Notes under the pieces: generated by a model
What the model saw: only the letters and a program-made list of their open reading frames with translations
Databases searched by the model: none
Told to the model about the DNA's origin: nothing
In this document: positions 6,373 to 15,797 of the stretch, piece after piece
Numbering within the stretch: the first letter of the stretch is position 1
How the letters are laid out: each line of letters starts with the position of its first letter
Position numbers and translations under genes: made by a program
Virus record (IMG/VR): IMGVR_UViG_3300040959_000049
Coordinates: 1 to 31,958 of that record
Strand: one strand, 5' to 3'
DNA length: 31,958 nucleotides
DNA from: a virus
Taxonomy: Duplodnaviria; Caudoviricetes

Positions 6373-9030
6373 TTACGTTGCGTTGTTAGGGAACGATCTA
6401 CCAGTGCCCCACATAATTCTTACAGCACCTGAACCACCAACACCGCCATAGGATGTTGCGGCAGTACCGTGGCCTGAACCACCACCACCACCATAGGCAC
6501 CACCTGGGCCGCCTGTCTGTGCTACTGTAGAGTCACCACCGTTAGAACCACCAGAACCGCCTTGGCCTCCAGTGCCTGAAACTAGTGTAGATTGACTTGT
6601 TGTACTGTTAAACGTACCCACAGCACCGCTGGTTCCTAGACCGTATAAGCCTACACCGCCGCCACCAGCACCGCCATAAGAGTTAGTATTGGTATCAACC
6701 AAACGGGACGAGCCGCCGCCCCCGCCTCCACCAGAGCCATTTGTTGCATCAGTGAAAGTGTCGTTGTATGCACCGTCAGAACCTGCACCGTTACCACCGT
6801 TTCCTGTATAACCGCCGGCACCGCCACCACCAGATGAAAGGTAGTTCACACCATAACTGGTGTTGTATGGCCCCCAACCATGACCACCTGATCCACCACC
6901 GTCACCAACGTAGTTACCACCCCACGCTCTACTGGTTGGACCAGAGTTTACGTTGTGACCAGCACCGTGAGTGCCGCCAAGACCAGCAACAGTGCTGCCA
7001 CTTATAAAATAACTGTCGCCACCATTACCGCTAGATGCAGAACCCGCAGAATAATCACCGTCACTACCTGTTATTGTCGAATTTAAACTTACACCACCAG
7101 CACCTACAACTACTGTGTAAGAGTTACCGGATGTCACAGGGATGTTGTTTTTCCAGCCAAGGCCACCGCCCCCGCCGCCCCATCCGAAATAGAGGCCACC
7201 GCCCCCGCCGCCGCCTACAGCAACCACGTTTACACTGTTTACACCTGCCGGTGCCACCCACGTATACGTTCCCGCTGAAGTATAAACCTGTTCGCCAGAC
7301 GTAATTGCAAGAACAGTTATAGAGTAATTCTGTGTGGCTTGTGCGCCACCTGTATCAGTCGCTGTAACGCTAAAGGTATATGTGGTGTCTTGCGTTACTG
7401 TGGGTAATGTACCACTCATCACGGTTGCGCCGGACGATGGTAAACTAATACCAGAAGGTAGATTACCTCCAGTGAAGGTAAGATCAGTGGCTGCATCCTC
7501 ATTATCTGAAAAGTCAGTAGCTAGATCATATGAAAAACTCGTACTACTATTTTGTGATGTTAGAACAACAGTACCGCCTGTAGAAGTAGGCGCGGTGTTC
7601 GAAATATCTACCCAAGAATTTCCGTTGTAGAACAGAATGCTGTCACTTGTGGTATTGTAATAGACATCACCTTCTGAAGCTGATGCTGGGTCTGATGCGT
7701 ATTGTACAAGACTGCTTGCGGTAGCCGGTGGGACATTGACCAAGTCATTGTAATCCCCAGAAGTAGCTACAGCGGCAAGACCAGACTGCGTTACACCCCA
7801 ACCGTTGTTATACACGTACATGGTGCTGTCAGAGGTGTTCCAGTACAATGCACCGTTTATAATTGCGTTGCCGCTATTATCTACAGTAGGTGCTGTACTT
7901 TTTGCACCAAGATATCTTTGATCTAAACTTTCCCATGCAGCTTCTGCCGCTGTTTCACTTGAGGCTGCCGCAGTTTCACTTGTCGCTGCGTTAGTCTCAG
8001 ATGTAGCTGCGTTACTAGCGGATGTTGCCGCTGCGACCTGACTAGCCGCTGCCGCAGTTTCACTAGCTGCCGCATTTGTCTCAGACGTAGACGCTGCCGA
8101 AGCACTCGCCGCTGCGTTAGATTCAGATGTAGCGGCGTTAGTTGCAGAAGTCGCCGCTGCGTTTTGACTCGCTAACGATGCAGCCGCTGAATTGGCAGAA
8201 TTTGTCTCTGAGGTCGCGGCGTTAGTTGCAGAAGTTGCTGCGTTGGTTTCAGAGGTAGCTGCCGCTGTTTCTGAAGCCGCCGCATTAGTCTCAGCCGTTT
8301 CTGCACCTGTCTGTGCTAGTTGTGCTGCGTCCCTTGCGTTTTCAGAAGCTGTCTGTGCGGCAGACACACCTGTTTGTGCAGCAATGGCACCTGTTTCGGC
8401 TGTCTGAGCCGCTGTTTCAGACGCTGCCGCCGCAGCCTCACTTGCCGCCGCCGCTGTTTCACTAGCTGCTGCTGCTGTTTCTGAGGCCGCCGCTGCTGTC
8501 TCACTTGCTGCCGCAGCCGCTTCGCTTGCCGCCGCTGCTATACGGTGCGCATCAGCATCTGCCGCGTCTGCTTGAACAGTAGCAAGATAACCTGCCGTTG
8601 TGTTTTTCAACACTAACGTTTCGTCGCGGTTAGCTTCCGCGTCAGTTTGCGCTTGAAGTGCAGCATCCCCCGCCGCGCTTTCTACTGTGTCCAAAACTTC
8701 CTGCATTGAATATAGCAAGTAGTCAGAGTTTTTGTTTAAGTCCTCTGCGAGAAGAGCGGAACCATCCGCAAAGGTGACAGCACGGTTTTGAATTGGTGTT
8801 TCGCGTCGAATTTCAAGTTCTGCACCTGACGCTATTGCGTTACCTAGTTCATCCGTTATCCGAACTGTCGTACTGTTAATTAGATTGAAAATATGTGTGG
8901 AATTTGGATCAGTGTCTGATGTACCATCGACATAGACAGCAATGTGATCTGAGTCTAGATAGTTCCACGTTATTAAATAGTCTGTCGTAGAACCATCTGC
9001 GATATAGGCTGATATAGCAAACTTTGCCAT
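6373..9030 (-). CDS. Tail fibre (T7 gp17-like N-terminal anchor, Ala-rich stalk, Ig-like domain, Gly-rich tip)
   Basis: 885 aa; N-terminal ADGSTTDY...IRRETP...VTFADGSALLAEDLN is gp17-like; AAASET repeats; LPSGISL...SGTLP...YTFSVTATD Ig-like domain; polyglycine C-terminus. Confidence 0.92.
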   Translation of the reverse strand: MAKFAISAYIADGSTTDYLITWNYLDSDHIAVYVDGTSDTDPNSTHIFNLINSTTVRITDELGNAIASGAELEIRRETPIQNRAVTFADGSALLAEDLNKNSDYLLYSMQEVLDTVESAAGDAALQAQTDAEANRDETLVLKNTTAGYLATVQADAADADAHRIAAAASEAAAAASETAAAASETAAAASETAAAASEAAAAASETAAQTAETGAIAAQTGVSAAQTASENARDAAQLAQTGAETAETNAAASETAAATSETNAATSATNAATSETNSANSAAASLASQNAAATSATNAATSESNAAASASAASTSETNAAASETAAAASQVAAATSASNAATSETNAATSETAAASSETAAEAAWESLDQRYLGAKSTAPTVDNSGNAIINGALYWNTSDSTMYVYNNGWGVTQSGLAAVATSGDYNDLVNVPPATASSLVQYASDPASASEGDVYYNTTSDSILFYNGNSWVDISNTAPTSTGGTVVLTSQNSSTSFSYDLATDFSDNEDAATDLTFTGGNLPSGISLPSSGATVMSGTLPTVTQDTTYTFSVTATDTGGAQATQNYSITVLAITSGEQVYTSAGTYTWVAPAGVNSVNVVAVGGGGGGGLYFGWGGGGGGLGWKNNIPVTSGNSYTVVVGAGGVSLNSTITGSDGDYSAGSASSGNGGDSYFISGSTVAGLGGTHGAGHNVNSGPTSRAWGGNYVGDGGGSGGHGWGPYNTSYGVNYLSSGGGGAGGYTGNGGNGAGSDGAYNDTFTDATNGSGGGGGGGSSRLVDTNTNSYGGAGGGGVGLYGLGTSGAVGTFNSTTSQSTLVSGTGGQGGSGGSNGGDSTVAQTGGPGGAYGGGGGSGHGTAATSYGGVGGSGAVRIMWGTGRSFPNNAT
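7936..8540 (-). repeat. Degenerate 21-bp / 7-aa tandem repeats (AAASETA / AATSETN) in tail fibre stalk
   Basis: Visible in DNA (gccgctgtttc..., gctgcgttag... units) and in protein; boundaries approximate. Confidence 0.85.
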
Positions 9031-9042
9031 TTAACTTTCCTG

Positions 9043-12000
9043 TTATTCTGTGAATACTTCGTTAAAGCGTTTGAAGCGTTCTAAACTTTGTTGAGAAATA
9101 TTAGGTCTTTGTTCAATCAGTTGAGATTTTATTGTTTCAACTTTGCTTTCTTCGCTACGCTTTAGAACTTCCATGTATTCTGGAATTTCATACTTAGCTT
9201 TATCGCGGTAAGCTTTAATAACCGTGCTTATAATCTGACCTTTAGTACCTTTAGAGCCTAGCCCTTGCGCACCATCAATCGCTCTCTTGTAATCATCAGA
9301 TGTAATGATTTCCGCAAGTTTTTCTCTGAGTGTTAATCCATCAATTTTGGTTGTTGATGTTTGTTCTAAAACCTTATCGTAAATCGATTGAGGACCGCCT
9401 TGATATGGCATGTCTTTTAGGTTTTCATTCTTACCATTCATGAAGATCGATGAACCAAATTGAGAGAACGCTGAACGATCCATCATTGAGACACGGCTTA
9501 GTTCACCTAGAACCATGTCGTTTTCCCTGTAGTTACCGATATTGGACAACCCCATTGGGTCGTACTTCGGCGTAGGGCGTTCAATGATTTCACCAAGAAC
9601 GTTACGCTTTGGATCGACACCTTCGTAAAGCCCTGTGCGTGACTGCAATGCGTCTAAAGTGCTACGCACCTCGCGGAATGCCTCGTCACCATTAGTTTGG
9701 TTCAAGATGTTAGGAACAAACGAACCGGCAATGCTATACAATGCACGTTCAGACTTAATCGGATCACCCATCATTAGAGCAAAGGTGTCAGCTAGACCTT
9801 TAGTAAACGTCTTGTTCACTGTGTTTTCAGCTATGGCTAACGCCAACGCCGCTACTACGTTCTGTTTTGATGTCTCACGTTCATTGTATGGATCACGTAT
9901 GACCTCGTTAGCATCTGCAAGAATAGAAAGAACGTTAGCTAGTGGCTCTAGTCGTTGATATGACATCCAATAGAACGAACCATCATCTCTACTAATTTTA
10001 ATAGAGTAAGGTTGGTTGTTCTTTAACCACTCTGCGCGGATACGTGGGTCTGTAGGGCCAGAACCTGTGAAGTCTCCACGCCCTGCGAGGAAATAACCTA
10101 ATCCAAGTAAGGCAAACCCTGTGTATATTTTACCACGGGCTTGAGCCGCGCGAATTGGGTCACCACTGTATAGATCATCTCTAAAACGCTTAGATGCAAA
10201 CTGTAACACCGGCATGTTTTGGAAAGATTGGCTTAGAATGTTGATCGGAGTGCGAACAAACGGAACGACAAACCGGAACATAGCTGAGCCGACACCCTCA
10301 CCACGACCTAGAGACTGAAATTTCTGTCCTATAGAACCTGCTTCTAGTGATTCAGTAAATGAACTACGTTGTGACTGTAGCAATGCATCCGCACGTATAG
10401 CCTCACCGTTCTTGCCGAAGCTGTCTAAGATGTACTTACGCATGAACTCTGCACGTTCTGCACCTTTTAGTCCAGCGTTGTCAGCTTCCATCGCCGCATC
10501 AGCCGATATACGACCACGATATGTCGCCTGTTTGAAGAACTCGTCCATAGCAAGCAAGAAACGTGACGGTGAAGAGATAACCTTCATTCCAAGACCCTTG
10601 CGGCCTTTGGCGATATCATCGGTCATGTCGAATTTAGTCGATAGAACGTCAAGGATCGATGTGTCGTCCATGAACGCCTTACCCGCCATCTGTAGTGCCT
10701 CTAGAGAGGATGATAATTGATATGCGAGTGTGCGTACCCCGTGTTTAACCTGACCACCCAAGATTTGCTGCATGGGGATCATCACAGAGTTAACCGCTGT
10801 ACCGATCAAGTTGACCTGTTGTGTACCAATACCTGACAACAAAGCGTTGATGCGGAAGTGGTTCACCATGTCCATCGTTTTCTGCAAGGACTTGCCAAGA
10901 CGTAGCGAGGTTTTCAGAGGTTGATCTGAGTTTACCACAGCTTTCGCCACCGCCCGTGCATCTGAATTAGACGCAGCGTTCTTGATCATCTCACGTAGCT
11001 TCTTATCGGCTGTTCGTGACATCTTCATGGCGTTCAATGCGCGACCTACGTTAGCCCGTGCAGCGTCTACTGACATCAGCACGTTTGCAGCCACTTCGCG
11101 TCGAGCGTTAAAGGCCATAATGACCTCTTCCATGCTCTGGTAGTTACCTGTCACCTTACCGCTATCGATCATCTGACCAAGTTCTTTGATCTCTAGTTCC
11201 ATAGCTAGAAGCATACGGTCTTTAGCAGCGACTTCGGCGGCTAGTTTGTGATAAGGTACATCTTTGAACCCACCTGTCATTTCCTCTAGGAATGCCTCTG
11301 GGTCTTTACCTAGCATATCAGCCATGTGGCGCACTCGGCGTGTCGTCTGTGCTTTCACAGTAGACCAACGCTGTACGTCACCACCACGCATCTCTAGGAA
11401 CTCTTTCTCCATGACATGCTTAACTGCCGACATCTGTGATAGAACATCGTCATAGTCATTCATGGTGTCCACTGAGCGGAAAGATAGCTTGACAGCTTGT
11501 GCTGCATCCTGTGGGTCTAGATCACCAATCTTGGTCATCATGCGGATGTTTTCAATTTGCTCAGAAGTAAGGCGATATGGGACTTTGACAGCTTTTTCGA
11601 TAGCTTCCTTACTTTGTGGCACAGTTCCTTCCAAATCGAGCGTCATCTGACCATCGACTTCCTCTTCAGGAAATAAACGCTTGGTCATCTCAATGGTTGT
11701 CTCAGCGTCCTTAGTAGCAGCCTGTGCTACACTGTCGATTTCCTGATCGATTGACTGAGAAACTGCCTTGGCTTGGTCTAGGTACTCTTGGGCTTCCTCT
11801 AGGTTTCCAGCTTTCTTCGCTTTCGCCGCTTTTAATCCATAGAAAACACTTTCTAGTGCTAGACCTAAGACACCACCTTCAGCCATGTTCTTCGCACGGT
11901 TCATCCACTCAGGATCATCTGGGTCTGTCGCTAGGAGTTCCCCAACGATACCTGTGTCTGCCCCAAGTGCCTCTAAGGTTGCTGTAAGGTTTGGATCATC

Positions 12001-12678
12001 TGGGTTGATAATTGTACCATCGATCACGGCACCCGCCATGATACCTTGGAATACCTTGCCAGACTTAGCGATCTTACCAAACATACCGAAGTAAGGTACG
12101 GCAAACGTGGTTACCCCTTGGGCAAACCCGCCTACCATAGTTTCTGCATCAGCGATGTAATCGAACCCCTCTGGGTTTGTCATACCTTGCTCTTGTAGCT
12201 TTAAGAACTCTTCACCTGATATGATACGAAGTCCCTGACCATCACCCCAGACTACGCGAGGTTGTACACCGAATAGACTATCGCCTACCCAACTACCGAA
12301 CTTAATTGTACCTGTGACAATGTCTTCAGCACCGGCGGCGATACCTTGTAAGATATCTGCACCGTAGCTTGGTCTTTCCTCAGTCTGAGTTTGTTGTGTG
12401 GGTGTTAGAATTGCTTGTGCTTGACCGGCACCGTGCATCTTATCAAACGCCATGATAGCCGCTTGGTTATCTGAGTTTTCCTTGAGGTACGTTATGTCAG
12501 CCTGTGGAATAACCAAGGCTTCGTTCTCTAGAGTTGCACTCGCCGTGTCATTCAAATAGTTCTCAGCGGCATTTGCGCCGAAGCGTTGATTAAATGCTGC
12601 CAGAACATTAGGATCATTCCTGTTCTCAAACAGGCGATCCAACACCTCTTGAGAGGGTTGTCCTTGGTTATTGTCCAT
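9043..12678 (-). CDS. Large internal virion / ejection protein (T7 gp16 position)
   Basis: 1211 aa, helical, immediately upstream of the tail fibre; FVVPFVRTPINI and SYQRLEP segments resemble large ejection proteins of marine T7-like phages. Assigned mainly by synteny. Confidence 0.8.
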   Translation of the reverse strand: MDNNQGQPSQEVLDRLFENRNDPNVLAAFNQRFGANAAENYLNDTASATLENEALVIPQADITYLKENSDNQAAIMAFDKMHGAGQAQAILTPTQQTQTEERPSYGADILQGIAAGAEDIVTGTIKFGSWVGDSLFGVQPRVVWGDGQGLRIISGEEFLKLQEQGMTNPEGFDYIADAETMVGGFAQGVTTFAVPYFGMFGKIAKSGKVFQGIMAGAVIDGTIINPDDPNLTATLEALGADTGIVGELLATDPDDPEWMNRAKNMAEGGVLGLALESVFYGLKAAKAKKAGNLEEAQEYLDQAKAVSQSIDQEIDSVAQAATKDAETTIEMTKRLFPEEEVDGQMTLDLEGTVPQSKEAIEKAVKVPYRLTSEQIENIRMMTKIGDLDPQDAAQAVKLSFRSVDTMNDYDDVLSQMSAVKHVMEKEFLEMRGGDVQRWSTVKAQTTRRVRHMADMLGKDPEAFLEEMTGGFKDVPYHKLAAEVAAKDRMLLAMELEIKELGQMIDSGKVTGNYQSMEEVIMAFNARREVAANVLMSVDAARANVGRALNAMKMSRTADKKLREMIKNAASNSDARAVAKAVVNSDQPLKTSLRLGKSLQKTMDMVNHFRINALLSGIGTQQVNLIGTAVNSVMIPMQQILGGQVKHGVRTLAYQLSSSLEALQMAGKAFMDDTSILDVLSTKFDMTDDIAKGRKGLGMKVISSPSRFLLAMDEFFKQATYRGRISADAAMEADNAGLKGAERAEFMRKYILDSFGKNGEAIRADALLQSQRSSFTESLEAGSIGQKFQSLGRGEGVGSAMFRFVVPFVRTPINILSQSFQNMPVLQFASKRFRDDLYSGDPIRAAQARGKIYTGFALLGLGYFLAGRGDFTGSGPTDPRIRAEWLKNNQPYSIKISRDDGSFYWMSYQRLEPLANVLSILADANEVIRDPYNERETSKQNVVAALALAIAENTVNKTFTKGLADTFALMMGDPIKSERALYSIAGSFVPNILNQTNGDEAFREVRSTLDALQSRTGLYEGVDPKRNVLGEIIERPTPKYDPMGLSNIGNYRENDMVLGELSRVSMMDRSAFSQFGSSIFMNGKNENLKDMPYQGGPQSIYDKVLEQTSTTKIDGLTLREKLAEIITSDDYKRAIDGAQGLGSKGTKGQIISTVIKAYRDKAKYEIPEYMEVLKRSEESKVETIKSQLIEQRPNISQQSLERFKRFNEVFTE

Positions 12679-12686
12679 GATTTTCC

Positions 12687-14837
12687 TTATTGTCTCATGC
12701 TTTCCATAGCGGCTTGCAATAGCTGTTCAACGTCATCAGGATTAACGTCTGCAATCCCTGCTAATACGTTGGCAAGTTTAGCTACATCACCGTATGTTTT
12801 TGGCAACTCGAAACCATATCTTTGTTGAAGATCATTAAGCATTGCTCCGTAATCGACATCAGCCGGTATTGCTTTCACTACAGTTTCAACTGCTTTTTCA
12901 ATTTCTGTAGCGTCACCCTTAATCACTTTTTCCAAATCGATACCGGATTCAGGTTGTGCGTTTCGGATTTTAGGCTGGTTTAACTCGGTTGCGCCAATAG
13001 TAGGAGCAATATACCCTTGATCTTTTGGTTTACCGTCTAAAATTGCATTACCACGTTGAATATCCAGATCAGTCCGACCAAACGGTACAGTTTCAGATGA
13101 CCTTGCGGCTTCCATGTTAAGTGTCTGTTCAGCCACCGCTGCCGCTTGCTCTTCAGCCAAACGTGCGGCTTCTTGAGCAAAGTATGGGTTAGATGTCCAA
13201 GATACCGTACCTTTGTTTACTGCATCCGTGAATGACTCGAATTGCTTGTTAAACAGGCTTGGATCGTTCTGTTTGTAGAAGTCCATAGTTTGCTGTTCAG
13301 CAAGTTCGATAGCCTTACGGATCAACTCAGGGTTTTTCTGTGATGCCTCTGGGATTGCCCCAAGTGCTTCGTCTAGATAACTCTGGAAACGTATCTTGAT
13401 GTCATCTGACATACCACCTTGGTATTCACCCTCAAAGCTAAAGCTTAGAGCGTTTTCATCCGGCGTTAGCGCACCAATGATACGGTTAAGAGCCGGTGTT
13501 TTGTAGTCTTTGTAAGTCTGGGTTTTGTATGGTTGTTCATCATCCCCGAACTTCTCTAACTGACCGTAAGCGTGTTCCCAATTTTTATCATTGAACTGTA
13601 GTCCATCTTTTTGGGCTGTTTGAAACCACGACATCATAGATGCCATGTCAGTTATTTCACTATTCTCAAACGCTTCAGTAATCGCGTAGTTGTTCCCTAG
13701 TTCGACAGGTTTAGGTATGTCGTAGATCGTGTTGATAGTCTCATAGGCTGTCTTAGCTTTAGTCATCAACGCAGCCGTATTCGCACTACCATTGATCATG
13801 TCAGCCATAGTTTGCCCTGAGTCACCCACAGGTGTTTGCAAGAATACTTGAAATGGAACAGCGGCGTTTTGCGGGTTGTTATAGAAATCCGCTACTACGT
13901 CTGTGACCATCGCTTCTTCTTGTTCACGTGCAGCTTTAGCAGCCCGTTCTTTTTGATCCGCTCTAAACTGAATATCACGTTGAATACCTTGGCTTTGATT
14001 TACGACAGCATTCCACTCTTTCGGTGTAAGTTTAAGATCACCGCTTTTCTGAGCCTCAAGCAGAGCATCGATCATTTCCATGTTGTCTGTAGCGTCAGCG
14101 ACAGTGAGGAAAGATGTTAGCAAGGCTGCACGGGATTTAGGACCACTGAAACCTGTGCCATATGCTTGACCATTCAATTTAGTCAACGCGCCTAAACCGT
14201 CTTCTATAGACATTTCACCTGTGGCAATGCTCATAGCAATGTCATCAGCTTGTTTCTGAATAGCCGATAAGTGGTTAGCTTCCATCTGACGCGAGATGTT
14301 ACCTGTGTGCGCCGCCGACATGTTAAACGTAGCCTGTTGAACATATGGCATAGCACCCGCGAGAAAATACGGGTTGTTGTGTTCAGGATTCTTGAGAAAC
14401 CCGTGAACCTTTTCGTTCATCCACTCGCGGAAACGGTTAGGGTCTGTGTTATACTTTAGGCCCGACTTTTCGTATTCCAATGTGGCTTGTTCTTTGAACT
14501 CAATAGCCGCCTTTTTACCCATAGTTTCGTTATAGGCTTGATTATATGCTTTAGAGTTTGACCTAAACAGAAAGCCGTTACGAACTTCAGACAGTTCTTG
14601 GTCTGGATCAAGTCCCGCCATAGCGTCCTGTTGTGCTTTTGTTTGTATCTGTTCTAGTTGTTCTTTTTTCGCTTTCGCAGCTTCATTACCAAAGAAGTTA
14701 GAAACATCGCGAAAGCCCCTAGACATTGCTGCCTCACCGACACGGTCCCGCGCTGGGCGATAATAGTTGTCGATGACACGCAATAGATTTTGTGACGCTC
14801 CCCGTTGAGGAGTGTCTGGAGTAATTCTTGGTGCCAT
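12687..14837 (-). CDS. Internal virion / ejection protein (T7 gp15 position)
   Basis: 716 aa, Ala/Gln/Glu-rich helical; between gp14-like and gp16-like genes. Confidence 0.72.
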   Translation of the reverse strand: MAPRITPDTPQRGASQNLLRVIDNYYRPARDRVGEAAMSRGFRDVSNFFGNEAAKAKKEQLEQIQTKAQQDAMAGLDPDQELSEVRNGFLFRSNSKAYNQAYNETMGKKAAIEFKEQATLEYEKSGLKYNTDPNRFREWMNEKVHGFLKNPEHNNPYFLAGAMPYVQQATFNMSAAHTGNISRQMEANHLSAIQKQADDIAMSIATGEMSIEDGLGALTKLNGQAYGTGFSGPKSRAALLTSFLTVADATDNMEMIDALLEAQKSGDLKLTPKEWNAVVNQSQGIQRDIQFRADQKERAAKAAREQEEAMVTDVVADFYNNPQNAAVPFQVFLQTPVGDSGQTMADMINGSANTAALMTKAKTAYETINTIYDIPKPVELGNNYAITEAFENSEITDMASMMSWFQTAQKDGLQFNDKNWEHAYGQLEKFGDDEQPYKTQTYKDYKTPALNRIIGALTPDENALSFSFEGEYQGGMSDDIKIRFQSYLDEALGAIPEASQKNPELIRKAIELAEQQTMDFYKQNDPSLFNKQFESFTDAVNKGTVSWTSNPYFAQEAARLAEEQAAAVAEQTLNMEAARSSETVPFGRTDLDIQRGNAILDGKPKDQGYIAPTIGATELNQPKIRNAQPESGIDLEKVIKGDATEIEKAVETVVKAIPADVDYGAMLNDLQQRYGFELPKTYGDVAKLANVLAGIADVNPDDVEQLLQAAMESMRQ

Positions 14838-14846
14838 GTCGATACC

Positions 14847-15326
14847 TTATGCTAAGTACGGAAGACCCGCTGTCGCAGCAGACGCAATGTGTCCCATGTT
14901 GAGCGAGGTTGTTGGGACTTGTGCAATACGCCCCTTGGCTTCGTCTTCGTAACCTTGAAGATTGCGTCTTGTTTGAATTTTGAGGCTATTACGCTCTAAA
15001 CGATCACGATACAGATTACGGGCTTCGACTGATCTCCGCTCTGCAATCATATCTGACATTACTTGACCGCCACCACCTGTTTCAAACATGCTAACCATTG
15101 CTAGATCAGTGTTTGAACGTGCAGTTAACGCTCGGTCCATAGCTTGCATCAGAAGTTGACGGTTATATTCAACATAACCTTCCATCTCTTGATCGTATTT
15201 ATATGCGGCGGCTTGTCTCGCCATCGCTGCATTATTTAACGCGGCTTGGTTCTGAGCGTTTACCTCAAAGATACTACCTAATAAGTTAAATCCAGCCGAA
15301 GCAGCGGCTAATGTAATTGGGTCCAT
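14847..15326 (-). CDS. Internal virion protein B (T7 gp14 position)
   Basis: 159 aa; hydrophobic N-terminus MDPITLAAASAGFNLLGSIF then Q/A-rich helix; synteny. Confidence 0.75.
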   Translation of the reverse strand: MDPITLAAASAGFNLLGSIFEVNAQNQAALNNAAMARQAAAYKYDQEMEGYVEYNRQLLMQAMDRALTARSNTDLAMVSMFETGGGGQVMSDMIAERRSVEARNLYRDRLERNSLKIQTRRNLQGYEDEAKGRIAQVPTTSLNMGHIASAATAGLPYLA

Positions 15327-15335
15327 ATCTATGTC

Positions 15336-15797
15336 CTACAATATTTTAGCGAACTCGTAGAATGACTCTCCATTCCTACCAAAGTTCTTGTGTTTATTAA
15401 TGAAGGTAAACCCGCACCACTTTAGCCACTTATGATGGACCGTGTTACGTGCGTCTGTGTAATTATATACACACTTGTACCCCTGAGAAATCTCAGAGAT
15501 ACCCTCTCTGCATTCTCGAAGAAATTGTCTTTGATGTTTTAGTAAGTCTGGGGTCGCCATCATCCAGATGTTACCCAGACCTATTTTATCTGTATCGGTA
15601 ACCCCATAGACACCCACAGGAGTGCCATCAGGGGCTACCATTGTTTTCATACGTTTACATAGGATTAACGCTAGGTGTAACGCCATGTATGGTTTCAAAC
15701 CTGTCTGAGCGTATAACTCACTTACATCCGCATCCCTTAAATTGTAACCTAGATGATCCAAGTCTTTTTGTTGGGTTTCACGGACGTAACCTGTCAT
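15336..15797 (-). CDS. T7 gp13-like protein (GNAT-like fold)
   Basis: Start at 15797 (TAATG with tail tube B stop); LRDADVSE, IWMMAT, YNYTDARNTVHHKWLKWCGF typical of gp13-like proteins. Confidence 0.8.
   Translation of the reverse strand: MTGYVRETQQKDLDHLGYNLRDADVSELYAQTGLKPYMALHLALILCKRMKTMVAPDGTPVGVYGVTDTDKIGLGNIWMMATPDLLKHQRQFLRECREGISEISQGYKCVYNYTDARNTVHHKWLKWCGFTFINKHKNFGRNGESFYEFAKIL

Noticed and set aside
6373-7300. Diversity-generating retroelement acting on the fibre tip
   Set aside because: No reverse transcriptase and no template/variable repeat pair seen in the window.
7936-8540. CRISPR-like or non-coding repeat array
   Set aside because: Units are degenerate, in frame, lack unique spacers and encode the fibre stalk.
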